In this document: positions 13,766 through 25,799 of the stretch, in pieces
How the letters are laid out: each line of letters starts with the position of its first letter
Position numbering within the stretch: the stretch's first letter is position 1
Assembly: GCF_006345805.1 (NCBI RefSeq)
Contig: NC_043014.1
Location: 16,864,001-16,928,000, forward strand
Length of the DNA stretch: 64,000 nt
Origin: Octopus sinensis
Taxonomy: Eukaryota
Direction of reading: 5' to 3'
Program-made: the position numbers and the translations under genes
Notes under the pieces: generated by a model
Database searches by the model: none
What the model was told of the DNA's origin: nothing
Seen by the model: the letters and a program-made list of their open reading frames with translations, nothing else

Positions 13766-14085
13766 GGTGAGGGCGCATGGCTTAATGGTTAGGGCATTCG
13801 GCTCATGATCGTAAGGTTGTGAGTTCGATTCCCGGCGACGCGTTGTGTCCTTGAGCAAGACACTTTATTTCACGTTGCTCCAGTCCACTCAGCTGGCAAA
13901 AATGAGTTGTACTTGTATTTCAAAGGGTCAGCCTTGTCACTCTCTGTGTCACGCTGATTATCCCCGAGAACTACGTTAAGGGTACACGTGTCTGTGGAAT
14001 GCTCAGCCATTTGCACGTTAATTTCACGAGCAAGCTGTTCCGTTGATCGTATCAGCTGGGACCCTCGTCGTCGTAACCGGCGGAG
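13766..14085 (+). mobile_element. tRNA-derived SINE
   Basis: A box tggcttaatgg, B box gagttcgattccc, tgtgtccttgagcaagacac block. Confidence 0.85.
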
Positions 14086-14422
14086 TAAGAAAAGGAAAAA
14101 AAGGATATATATATGAATGCAGGTATGTATATAATTCCACAGTTTCTGTGTTTTTTTCTATTTTTGTGTCGTTATAGATTCAAGAAATCAAATTTTCTTG
14201 GTTAGTTCTTTCTTCACACCATCATTGCGTGCCTCCTCAAGGTCAGGAGTTTGGCAAGAGAGGATTTCAGAAGTGCTGCTCCCCCCACCCCATATTTTTG
14301 GTTGTCTTCAGCAGTTTTAGTTTAAGAATGGAGTCTGTCTGTGTGTCACAGATGGCACCCTGCCATGTCTATGTGCCTCTTCTCAGCTACTGTAAAAGAG
14401 TTTGTCTCTGGTTGTGTTGGCA

Positions 14423-14763
14423 TTAGTGACGGCGCGGAGGTATGGAGGACGATGCGATGCTAAAGCTGGAACTGCTGAACATACTACTGGAGCCAGCATG
14501 AATGTTTGGGGTGTGGTAGGCCGACATCTGTGGATAGTTGACTGGGTCCTCGTGGTGGCTGGTTGGTACATGTTCCAACTGAACATGTTCGTGGTTGGAG
14601 TTGTGTGAAGTCTGTGAACAGAGACCATGGCATCGGTTACTATAGACAAGGGCGATAGCTCCAGTAATAATGACAAGCATAATAGCAGGAATCCAGATGC
14701 CCAGGAAAGGGATTTCTGAAGTGGACGGAGTAATTTTTTGGTTTGGTCGAGAATGCTTTGGAT
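14423..14763 (-). CDS. FGFRL1: FGFRL1-like last coding exon: TM helix and short His-rich tail, no kinase
   Basis: tccacag acceptor, phase 1. DPK..., hydrophobic IPFLGIWIPAIMLVIITGAIALVY, His-rich tail, TAA at 14425-14423. Phases of all five exons chain in frame. Confidence 0.9.
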
Positions 14764-15426
14764 CTGTGGAGTAAAAGAAGAGAGAGAGAAAAGAGTTACA
14801 AAACAGTTTTAGATGTATATGCATGTATGCATGTGTGTATGTATGCATGTGTGAGTGTGTGTTTGTGCATATATGGGTGTATATATATATACTGAATGTT
14901 ACGGAGTGACTCCGTATGATCAACTAAATATTGAGCAGCTGCTCATAGACTGTAGCAATGACCAAACAGTGTGAGCAATGTGTTCCCCAGCACTAGGGTT
15001 ATCTAAAACCCTTGCGGGCAGTACTCCTGCATGGCCACAATTACTGGGTTCAAGAAGGGCTGTGTGGTTAAGAAGCTCACATCTCATGGTTCAATTGCAC
15101 ATTGAATGAAGCATTGGTTGAGGAAACTTGTGTACAAACACACTGGGGGTGGGGCTAATTCCTGGTGTTGAAGGGTAGATTTACAGTTGGGGTTTATCTT
15201 CCATCATTTGGCCCCTTGGCTGCCTTTAGTGTCGTACAATCTGTTGCAAGTATAGGGACCAGGTCTCCAGTTGGAGGATAACTTCCTCCCATCATCCCAT
15301 CAGGCCTGCAGATCCTGAAAAAGGGTCATGGGTTGGAGTGAAGTGGGAACTGCCCTTCCTCCAATCATAAAGAAATTAAAAAACAAAACCAAAAAAAACT
15401 CGCAACAAAAATAAAGTCAAAAATAC

Positions 15427-15664
15427 CTGGATGCACCTTCAGGAAAGCCTGTCGGCAGTTGAACCCAAAACTTGTGGCCCCTAAACATATGTATAACCCT
15501 GAATCTTCTGATGTAATCCTTTTTATCGTCAGTTTATTCACGTAAGAACCATCCGGTCGTTTCCAGTTCCCACCAGACTTCAGTACAACAAATTTACGGC
15601 CTTTCACTTCAATGGTGTGGTTGACATTGGAAAGAGTGGACGGGTCATTGACCCATTTCAGCCA
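15427..15664 (-). CDS. FGFRL1: FGFRL1-like exon, Ig3 C-terminal half
   Basis: tttcag acceptor and gtattt donor; 238 bp, phase 0-1. WLKWV...IEVKGRKFVVLKSGGNWKRPDGSYVNKL...YICLGATSFGFNCRQAFLKVHP carries the FGFRL1-type RPDGSYxNKL and YICLGA motifs. Confidence 0.95.
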
Positions 15665-17260
15665 CTGAAAACAAAAGGGAGAAACAGGGTTACATTTCTT
15701 GGAATGAGACATAAGATTAAAGATGGACATACAGATTGGTGAATATATATGTGTATGTGGTGTGTATGTGTGTGTGTATAGATAGAGAGACAGATAGATA
15801 GATGTACATAAATACATACAAATAGTTGAATGTTTAGGTAAAAAGAGAGAAAGAGTTCAACCAACATACACACAGACATACAATAGCTGTTAGACAGTGA
15901 GATATAAATAGTGTTAAGATAATTAATTGAGAGAGAGCAGGAAATACTTAATTAGATATTATTATATAACGAGGAAAATACAATATTAGTTGTTGATTTA
16001 TCATACTTTAATCAATTCATCAAATAAGCGAGATAACTGCAGACATGTTTGACTGTTATTAGAGCTCATCAGTGACTGTAGTAGTGATGCTGGGAGAATC
16101 ACTGAGTGAACATATAATAATAAAGGAGAGTGTTGGGTTTAACAACTAGAGGAGGACATATCTGAGAAGCTGAGACATTAAACAAGTCAGATATATATAC
16201 AAATAGTTTGGTCTATATTAACATACAATATACACATCATTGACCACAACACATACAACACTTATATAATATACCACTGTTTATATACACACACTATGCT
16301 GTACACTGACCACTATCTACACACACACTGAACTTTGACCGCTTGACCTACAACACATTAATGCATTACCCCTCCCCATTCATCATTTTTCCCCATGTTT
16401 TACCCCATCCCACCCTCATCCTGTTACTATAGCAACCCTTCCTCACATTAAAACAACTTGTTAACTTTCTCCTCTTTTGCCTCATCACTTCCAAACTCAG
16501 CTAACTCTCACTTTATAAATTTATCATGGCCAACATAGAACCAACATCACAACCACCTGGGTTCCTCCCACTCTGGCTATTACAGCTGTCACTGAGGTCT
16601 ACAGGATCTCCCCTCCCCTCCCCTTATATTAGGGTACACACAGCATGTTACAATCACAAAGGATCACAAACAGTCAGCTGATGTAAGGGACCAGGTTCCT
16701 GATGTCTACTAAGTAGTTCTTCAGCTCCACTGACATAAGGCTACAAACACAATGTTACTACCCTAAACAAGGCTTACAAACAGCCTGATGTCTACTGGGT
16801 AAGTGAAAATGATGTGGTGGTGCACATCATTTCCACTTACATTAAGATGCACAAAGTCTGTTATTGTCACAAGAACTTCATAGAAAGGGACTGAAGAATA
16901 ATGAAATATATTGTGTCTAAAAGCCATCGAACTATGGCAGGAAAAATGACAGAAGAGCTAAATACCACCTTGCCAATCCTGGGTCAACCAAAACCATTTG
17001 TCATGAGCTCCAGAAAGCTGTGGCTTATGTCAAAGTTGGACCAACTCCATATTACATAATAAAACTTCCATTTAACAAGGGATTTTCATTATTTTGTCCA
17101 ACTTGTGTAGATAATGCAGTCCTAGACATACACACACCATAAAACAAAGACAGGACAATCATAGCTGGAATGTCTTGATCAGAGCCACCCTGGAACAAAC
17201 CAACAAGCACAGTCTTACAGTGAGGCGATACATTGTGGAGGGGGGTGTAGAGCATCCTAC

Positions 17261-17379
17261 TTTTATGAGAGGCTGGACTTCACTTTTGACATGACACTGG
17301 AACGAAGCTTGCTCTCCCCTTCGAGCCGTCTGGTTGAGGGGGTGTGGTGGAAGTAATTGCGGTTTTTCATGAACTTTTT
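17261..17379 (-). CDS. FGFRL1: FGFRL1-like exon, Ig3 N-terminal half
   Basis: tttttcag acceptor and gtagga donor; 119 bp, phase 1-0. EKVHEKPQLLPPHPLNQTARRGEQASFQCHVKSEVQPLIK. Confidence 0.9.
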
Positions 17380-17439
17380 CTGAAAAACAAATAGGATTGT
17401 GAAGAGAGGAAATAATAATAGTTTTCATGAGAGTTTCAG

Positions 17440-18495
17440 TAATGATGATGATGGTGATGGTGGTGGAAGTGGTGGTGATGATGATGGTGGTGGAAGTGGT
17501 GGTGACGATGATGGTGGTGGAAGTGGTGGTGATGATGATGGTGGTGGAAGTGTTGGTGACGATGATGGTGGTGGAAGTGGTGGTGACGATGATGGTGGTG
17601 GAAGTGGTAGTGGAAGTGGTGGTGACGATGATGGTGGTGGAAGTGGTAGTGGAAGTGGTTGGTGATGATGATGGTGGTGGAAGTGGTGGTGATGATGATG
17701 GTGGTGGAAGTGGTGGGACGATTATGGTGGTTGAAGTGGTAGTGAAGTGGTTGGTGGTGATGATGGTTGGTGGAAGTGGTGGTGACGATGATGGTGGTGG
17801 AAGTGGTGGTGGATGACGATGGTGTTGAAGTGGTGGTGCGATGATGGTGGTGGAAGTGGTGGGACGATGATGGTGGTTGAAGTGGTGGTGATGATTATGT
17901 GGTGTGAAGTGGTGGTGATGATGATGGTGGTTGGGAAGTGGTGGTGACGATGATGGTGGTGGAAGTGGTGGTGATGATGATGGTGGTGGAAGTGGTGGTG
18001 ATGATGATGGTGGTGGAAGTGGTAGTGGAAGTGGTGGTGATGATGATGGTGGTGGAAGTGGTGGTGATGATGATGGTGGTGGAAGTGGTAGTGGAAGTGG
18101 TGGTGATGATGATGGTGGTGGAAGTGGTGGTGATGAAGATGGTGGTGGAAGTGGTGGTGATGATGATGGTGGTGGAAGTGGTGGTGACGATGATGGTGGT
18201 GGAAGTGGTGGTGATGATGATGGTGGTGGAAGTGGTGGTGACGATGATGGTGGTGGAAGTGGTGGTGATGATGATGGTGTGGAAAGTGGGTGACGATGAT
18301 GGTGGTGGAAGTGTGGTGATGAAGAGGTGGTGGAAGTGGTGGTGATGATGATGGTGGTGGAAGTGGTGGTGACGATGATGGTGGTGGAAGTGGTGGTGAT
18401 GATGATGGTGATGGAAGTGGTGGTGACGATGATGGTGGTGGAAGTGGTGGTGACGATGATGGTGGTGGAAGTGGTGGTGATGATGATGGTGATGG
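17440..18495. repeat. 27-bp minisatellite (gatgatgatggtggtggaagtggtggt)n in an FGFRL1 intron
   Basis: Tandem units directly visible; they generate the spurious 506-aa and GGGSGGDDD ORFs. Confidence 0.95.
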
Positions 18496-18629
18496 GGACA
18501 GATAAACTTAGAGAGACAGGAATAAAATACAAGGAGAAATAAAAATGCTGTAATAATGGAGAAAAAATGTTCAAGACTGGAGACAAAGAGCTAAACAGGT
18601 GTAATAATAGATGTAATGATAGATGAAAT

Positions 18630-18815
18630 GGTTGAAAATTTTGGCACAGGCCAAAAGTTCCGGGGAGGGGATAAGCCAATTACAAGCCAACCCCAGTGTT
18701 CACCTGCTACTTATTTTAATCGACCCCAAAAGAATGAAAGCAGTCAACTCTGGCAGAATTTGAACTCAGAACGTAAAAATGACAAACGCTGCTAAGCATT
18801 TCCCCCCAGCATGCT
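18630..18815 (-). mobile_element. SINE, same family as 8880-9090
   Basis: atcgaccccaaaagaatgaaag...gaatttgaactcagaacgtaaa. Confidence 0.6.
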
Positions 18816-18930
18816 ACCTTAAGTAATAATATGATGATAGATGTAATGATAGATGTAATGATAGATGAAATGATGAATGTAATAACACAGAGAAATGAAG
18901 GTATATTTGAAGAGAGACGTATTTACTTAC

Positions 18931-19221
18931 CGACGACTTCTAAAGAGTATGTGTAATTGATGGTACCATGGATATTAGTGACCACACAGGTGTACTGACC
19001 ACTGTCCTCTTGTCGTAAATCATCAATCTTTAACGTCCAACGTGGTCTACTGTCCTGATAGTTCCCCATGTTATCAGATGTCCACATCTGACCATCCTTC
19101 AGCCATTGTATCTCTGGCCGTGGGTTACCACTAGCTCGACATCGAAACCATATGGAACTACCAGCCGGGCGTGGGATCGCCTTTTTCTTCATCTTACGCA
19201 GGTGCAGGAAACGGGGCTTAG
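18931..19221 (-). CDS. FGFRL1: FGFRL1-like exon, Ig domain 2
   Basis: ttttgaag acceptor and gtaagt donor; 291 bp, phase 1-1. KPRFLHLRKMKKKAIPRPAGSSIWFRCRASGNPRPEIQWLKDG...EDSGQYTC resembles FGFRL1 [27 protein letters not shown] (recalled, not aligned). Confidence 0.93.
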
Positions 19222-19489
19222 CTTCAAAACAAAGAAAGGACCCTTTATTTTAAGGGGACAGACATATAAAAACAACTGGCCACACTGGTCAGTTCAACAC
19301 ACATCTACACACTTACAACTAATTGTATCGATGCTACTGAGGGTGAGAAGAACTGTGAAGGTCTTGCGTATAGCCCCTTCCTATACATCCCACTCCATGA
19401 GGAAGGGTTAACTTAATCCGTAGGGGTGGTCATAATGTATCGTTGGTATATTTTTGTTGTTTCTTTCTGATCGTTAGGGATCACTCTTG

Positions 19490-19705
19490 GAGGGCTGCAC
19501 TGGGCTCCAATTGTCTGTTTTGGCATGGTTCCTATGGCTGGATGCCCTGTTGGCATTAGGAAGGGCATCCAACAATAGAAACCTTGCCAAAACAGACAAT
19601 TGGAGCCTGGTGCAGCCCTCCGGCTTGACAGCTTCTGTCAAACCGTCTAACCCATGCCAGCATAGAAAATGGACGTTAAATGATGCTGATGATGATGATG
19701 GTGAT
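19490..19705 (+). mobile_element. RTE 3'-end-derived short element
   Basis: ggcattaggaagggcatcc...catagaaaatggacgttaaatgatgctgatgatg. Confidence 0.7.
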
Positions 19706-19783
19706 GATATGACTGTCTTCTGTGCATATATGAGAATGTTGTAGAAGTGTTGTATACAACTCCCTCCCAGTATTGTTGTTTAC

Positions 19784-19854
<71 letters not shown>

Positions 19855-20744
19855 TGATGGTTGTACCTGATGTTGTCAATAAGGAAGACAGTAGATTTGG
19901 TTAGTGTTGTTTTAAGTTTGTTGTGGAAGCAAGTTTCTTCCAAATGGTTTCAAAAGGGGTTTGGAGAGCAATGGTGCATTGGTGTCTTTGAAATGGTGCA
20001 AAGATGTGATGTGACGATAGGTTGAAAAGAATGGGTCACAGAATGAATCCTTGTTGTACTCCAATAGTAAATTCTGGAAGTTTTGTTCCTGTATATTACA
20101 TAGTCTTAGCAACCTGACGGGTAGTTAGAGGTGGTGGTCATCATTTTGTTAAAGGGGTGTGGAGTCCATTGCTGATGTTGATGGTTATTAGAATGGTATG
20201 GGTTGTAGTGTAGTGGTTTGAATCAATATTATTTTGAGGGGAGGGGCAATACAACCTCTACAATATTATTTACTAAAGTAATCTAGACAATGAAAGACAG
20301 AATGGTTATGGCTGGAATGCCATTCTAAAGGGAGTGAAAATCTCTAAAGAATGGGGACAACACATGGCAGCCCCTAAATAACTTACTTGCCCCTGTAGGG
20401 TCCAGTTGGTGAGGGTAGAGATTGTTCTGTTGGGTACCTTCTTTCTTCTCAGCTGGAAAGAACAACAACAACAACAACAACAATTATACTAAGATTGGCA
20501 GCAACAGTGGTGGTGGTTGTTTGGATTTGACGAGTCCCAAGATGAATGTGTCCTAGTGTATTACTGGTACAAATTACAAAATTCATGTTGGATTTGAACT
20601 CAGCATAGCAATATAGAAGAGGTAGGCATGATGTAAGACATCTAGTGCAGTGATTGGGAGATGTGGAATGTGAGATGTCTCTAGTGAAATGTGTGCTGTG
20701 AAATGTAGAATAGATTAATATATGTCAGGCATTTATTAATGAGT

Positions 20745-20990
20745 GGAGGTGTGTGGCCTAGTGGTTAGGGTGTTGGACTCATGATTGTAAGATTGTGGTT
20801 TCAATTCCTGAACTGGGTGATGCATTGTGTTCTTGAGAAAGACACTTCATTTCACGTTGCTCCAGTCCACTCAGCTAGTAAAAATGAGTAATCCTGCGAG
20901 GGACTGGCATCCCATCCAGGGTGTTAATATATATACGCCACGGAAGCCAGTAAACCGGCCCTTATGAGCCCATAGGGCTTTAAAAGAATA
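20745..20990 (+). mobile_element. tRNA-derived SINE
   Basis: tggcctagtggttaggg A box, ggtttcaattcc B box, shared ttcacgttgctccagtccactcagct. Confidence 0.75.
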
Positions 20991-21133
20991 ACTACTACTA
21001 TTCATTAATGAAGAAAACATTATTTTCTAACAAAGTGAGGTTATATCATATCAGTATTTGATATTATGGAATACCTATACACACACTTGCTAGCATGTGC
21101 AAGTGTGTGTATATGTGTGTGTGTGTATATATA

Positions 21134-21435
21134 TCATCATCATCATCCTTAACGTCCGTTTTTTCATGCTGGCATGGGTTGGGCGGTTTGACCAGAGCTG
21201 ACAAGCAGAAGAGCTGCACCAGAGTCCAGTCTGATTTTGCTTGGCTTCTACAGCTGGATGCCCTTCTTAACGCAAACCACTTTACAGTGTGTGCTGGGTG
21301 CTTTAACGTGCCACCGGCACAGGACTCTCGCCACATGTGCTTTTTACATGGCACCGTCACAAGTGCTTTTTATGTGACACAGGCACAAGACTCTCGGTGC
21401 GAGTGGTTTTTACATGGCACCACACGAGTAAGCAC
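21134..21435 (-). mobile_element. RTE 3'-end-derived short element
   Basis: (cat)n tail followed by ttaacgtccgttttttcatgctggcatgggttgg. Confidence 0.75.
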
Positions 21436-21517
21436 ATAAATGCAAAACAAGGTGGACAAAAATAGAACTCGAATACCGAAGGTAGAGTAATATGCTTTTA
21501 TTAAAGCTGCAAAAATC

Positions 21518-21570
21518 TTCACAAACTGTTACTCAGAGTTTCACATTCCTGTTCATCGGATGGTTGTGAA
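21518..21570 (-). ncRNA. Hammerhead-like motif, U4C variant
   Basis: ttcacaaccat CCGATGA ACA ggaa TGT GAAA ctctga GTA acagtttgtgaa. Confidence 0.4.
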
Positions 21571-21973
21571 CATACTGTCTAATGGTGCTAATGGTTGTGG
21601 TTGTGGTGATGTCCCCAATGTACAACAGGAATGTTAACAAGCTGGTCTGTAGAGTGGGGGGGGCAGGGTGTACAATATTAACAACAATGTTTTTACATGG
21701 AGACCACCCCTCCCTCATCACTTACACCCCCCTTAATAAATAACACCACTACCACTGTCACCCCCTCATGTACCTCCCCCTTACACACCACCACCACAAC
21801 CACTCAGTGTCACCCCCACCTCCGGCAACTGCTCCCAGTTTGAGATGCAAATGGAAGACTGAAATGTTCAGACATGTTTATTCGGGGTTGGGGGGCACAA
21901 ATGGACATGGTCAGTAATTTTAGGACAGAGTAATGGGGAGGGAGTGTGTGGGTGAGGGTGTGTGCAGAGGTGT

Positions 21974-22016
<43 letters not shown>

Positions 22017-23798
22017 TGTATAAATGTGTGTATGTATATGTGGTGTGTGCATGTGTCTGTGTTTATGTTTGGCTTTTATGCGTATATAATGTATATCAAC
22101 ATATGTGTTAAACTGCTATTTAGAAAGAACACAGATGTTGAGAACCAAAATGCAGAATATATGACTACTTGTCCTCCTATCTATCTACCTCTCTCTCTCT
22201 CTCTCTCCATCTATCTACCTCTCTGTCTATCTATCTGTCTGTCGGTCTGTTTATGAACTATCTCTCTCTCTCTATCTATCTCTCTGTTAAACTGTCTATA
22301 AGAGACAGAGAGAGAGAGCCTGTTAAGTAGATCCCTCCCAATCACTGAGACAGTCTGTGAGGCAGCCATTATAAACCAACCTCTCCACTCCCAATCCACA
22401 GTTTTGTTTAGGGGACATTGTTACAAGCAAGCAGCTTTAGGGGTCTAATTTATAGGGCTTATCCCAGAGCACAAGGTGGGTGTGGCAGCAACAGGGGCAC
22501 TGATGGACACATTTTAGACCCCTCCCTCATTCACTCATCTCTTATTGTATTTTATATTAAGACCTGCTTTAAGATGCAATGTTTTATGTTTTAGCATATT
22601 GTGGTGGTGGTGGACCCATGGATAAGCTAACAGTCACCTTTCCAGTTTAATAAACTGAATCAATGTAAAACCAATCATTGCTGGCCCACAACCACACTGC
22701 AACGGTGCCATCACTGTCATGTGAACCCAAGACCTTACTTTCTTAAATGATGCAGTGAAAGGAACAACAGTGACTGGTGGCGGAGTAGAGAAGGCAGGGA
22801 AGGGGTCACTGATCCCTTTCAGGGGCTCTCTATGACTGGTGGTTGTGGTGATGGTGAGGATGGAGTTACCGATCCCTTTCAGAATGTCTGTAAGTTGTGG
22901 AGGGCAGTTATCCCCAGATAGGACACCTGCTCCCAAGTGGGCTCTGCTAAAAGTAGTCACACCATAGTTACCCCATTATACCACTGGTACCCATATTTTA
23001 CTGACACAAATACAGTAGACACTTCAGTTTCTTAACAATAATGGAGGGCTTCTAAATTGGGACTTGACCTGCTAGAAGTAACAGCTAAATTTCCCTAAAT
23101 CAAACCCTATATCCTTAAGAAAGGAAGGACATATTAGACAAGATAGAGTTGTTGTATAGTTGGAGGTCAGCCATTATTGAACAGACCTGTGATCAAGGTG
23201 TTTCAGTCATGACCATTCCATCTTATTTAAAGTCATTGTGTATCTAGGATTACATTATGTAATGTGTCATTCGTCTTTTGAAGTCTGCAGTTTAAAGGGA
23301 CATTAGTAGTTATTTCCAGCAGGTTGTGTCACCATGTAAAGCCTCACTTGTAAACACATAGTCAAGGCTATAGGGTGTCAGGTGTCAATCAAATGGGATG
23401 GTCCAGCCTGGAATGTCTTTGTTTCTAGCACTGACCTAGGGATAAAGAACAACAGGAAGGGAGATAAAGGTGTGTGGGAGGTAGCCCCTGGCCCCTTCCT
23501 ACCCCTACAGGGGGTGAGTAAGGGTGGACTACAACATGAACTGATGTGAATACACATTTTTAGACAAGAGTCTGGCAGCTGTTTTTTTTACACAACTTGT
23601 TTATGAAACAACATAGATACAGCATGGCAGGGGGGGGGCTCTCTGTATATCTGTTTATATGTGTGTGTGTGTGTGTTACATTCCAGCTTTTCCTAACTAT
23701 CATACAATGGGTAATGGTCTGTGTGTGTGTGTGTGTGTGCATATTACACACACGTCTAACCCATGCCAGCATGGAAAAAAGACATTAAATGATGATGA

Positions 23799-23851
<53 letters not shown>

Positions 23852-24329
23852 GGGGGGTGTATGTAGTTGGGGTGTATACATGAGTTGACACAACATTTTT
23901 ACAGTCATTAAACAAATCAGGAAAACTATTAAAATTCAAAGACTTCTGTTGTGTTAAATAGGCGTAGTGGTGGGTGGGTTAGGGATGCTGATGGAGCAGT
24001 GATGGAATGTTGATGTTGGTGGTGGTGTGTTGTAGCTGTGGCGATAGTGGTGGTGTAGATGTGTTTGTTATGATTTAACACCAGGTCAGCCCTCATCCAG
24101 TAGACCTAGGTTCAAAGGTATTCCAGCTGCGACCATCCTGCCTTTCATTCCAAGCTAGTCTATCTAGGACTACATTATCTAATGTGTCCTTTCCTTATTT
24201 AAGATGGTAGGATGTAATGTGAGGAACATTTGTCAGCTATTTTTAGCAAGTAGAGCAAACACACAGAGGTTCTCTTATTGATGTTATACAGGCTGCACTG
24301 TACATATATATGTTTTTTTTTAATATTCT

Positions 24330-24490
24330 GCAAAATCATGTCTGGCCATGGGAAAATATTTCCATCTTGGTCGGACACAGGTGAGGGTTGGTGACAGGAA
24401 GTGCATCTGGCTATAGAAAATCTGCCCCAATAAACTCTGTCCAAGCAAGCAAAAGCATGGAAAAGTGGACATTCAAACAATGATGAATAA
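24330..24490 (+). mobile_element. RTE 3'-end-related short element (paralogue at 29600-29836)
   Basis: gccatgggaaaatatt...gacaggaag...gcatggaaaagtggac...tgatga tail shared with 29700-29836. Confidence 0.55.
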
Positions 24491-24651
24491 TACTATTCAA
24501 ATAATATTATTTGATTCTCTGTCTGAAGAATTTCTAAATGGAGATGTCTTATATGTTTTTCTTCTACATGTACAATTTTGTAACTCCTATTAGCAAATGA
24601 AACATGTGTAATGATGAATAAATAATACCCCCCAATTTTTCCAATCTGTTT

Positions 24652-24711
<60 letters not shown>

Positions 24712-25799
24712 AGAGGTGGGTGGAAGACATACACACACACACATACACGTGTATACATCTTGGCCCATTGATAAACACATACTCCTATGTATACCTGGGT
24801 GTGTGTATATGTATAAAGGATATATACGTTCTTCACACCCTCCCCTCATACACCACAGGTATTTGTGTATAAGCAGAGGCTCGTTAGCAGTAACTTAATT
24901 AAGTAGCTAGTGATAAAGGGAGCCGAAAGCTATAAGTTATTAAGGGATTCCCTATTTCTATAAAACTTGAAACATGGGAGTCAAGTAGAAGCAACTTGTC
25001 TCTCAGCAGTCAGTCAAGTTGATGACTTTTATTTCCCAGTGAGACCCTTAGGCACGCATGCACACACACACACACACAGCTGTGTTTGGGTATGTTTAAA
25101 GGGGACTTAGATATGTTCGATAAAGACTGCTGTATCTTTGGTTGCTTGTAAAATAGTTTATACAGATATCACTTGAGTTCAGCCAATCAGAGAAAGCTAT
25201 TGTCAACCAATCAATTACAGTTCAGTTAACAAGAAACAGTTTTAAAATCTATATCAAAGATTAAGGTCGCCTGGACACATCTGAAACCAATGGTTATTAT
25301 ATATATATCTATAGTATATACCACACTATACACACAATGTCTAGACATCACATACTATACATATACAGTATATACAGAGTCTAAACACTGTATATGCTAT
25401 ATACACAATGTATACACCATTTAGTACATATAGTCTACACTACACATATAGTCTCTGCACACCATATACTATATACAATCTACACTCCTCATACAACATA
25501 CACACCACAAATACTGTCACATCACATACACAAACAAAACTACATATACATCAAAAGAATGGCCACCCTGATTAATAAGGAGTCATCAATGCACCTCTAT
25601 CTCCTATCCACAGACATCCTGTGTCTCCTCTCTCTGCCTTTTCTACCACTACTACAGTGGCTACTGTTCATGAGAACCTCCACTCACATATTCCTCACTC
25701 ATCTTCTATTTCCTTCACTTATCACCCACCAGCCCCCACCTCAAATCCTCATTAACCACCCAGTCCCTTCTTCCCAGAACACTGCCCTCCCACTGAGCC

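Noticed and set aside
17159-18679. 506-aa Pro/Ser/Thr-rich ORF and overlapping Gly/Asp ORFs
   Set aside because: Produced by the 27-bp minisatellite; only 17261-17379 is a real exon.
22730-22895. Possible FGFRL1 linker exon between Ig1 and Ig2
   Set aside because: The best AG/GT pair gives phase 1-0, incompatible with the phase-1 Ig2 acceptor; no homology.
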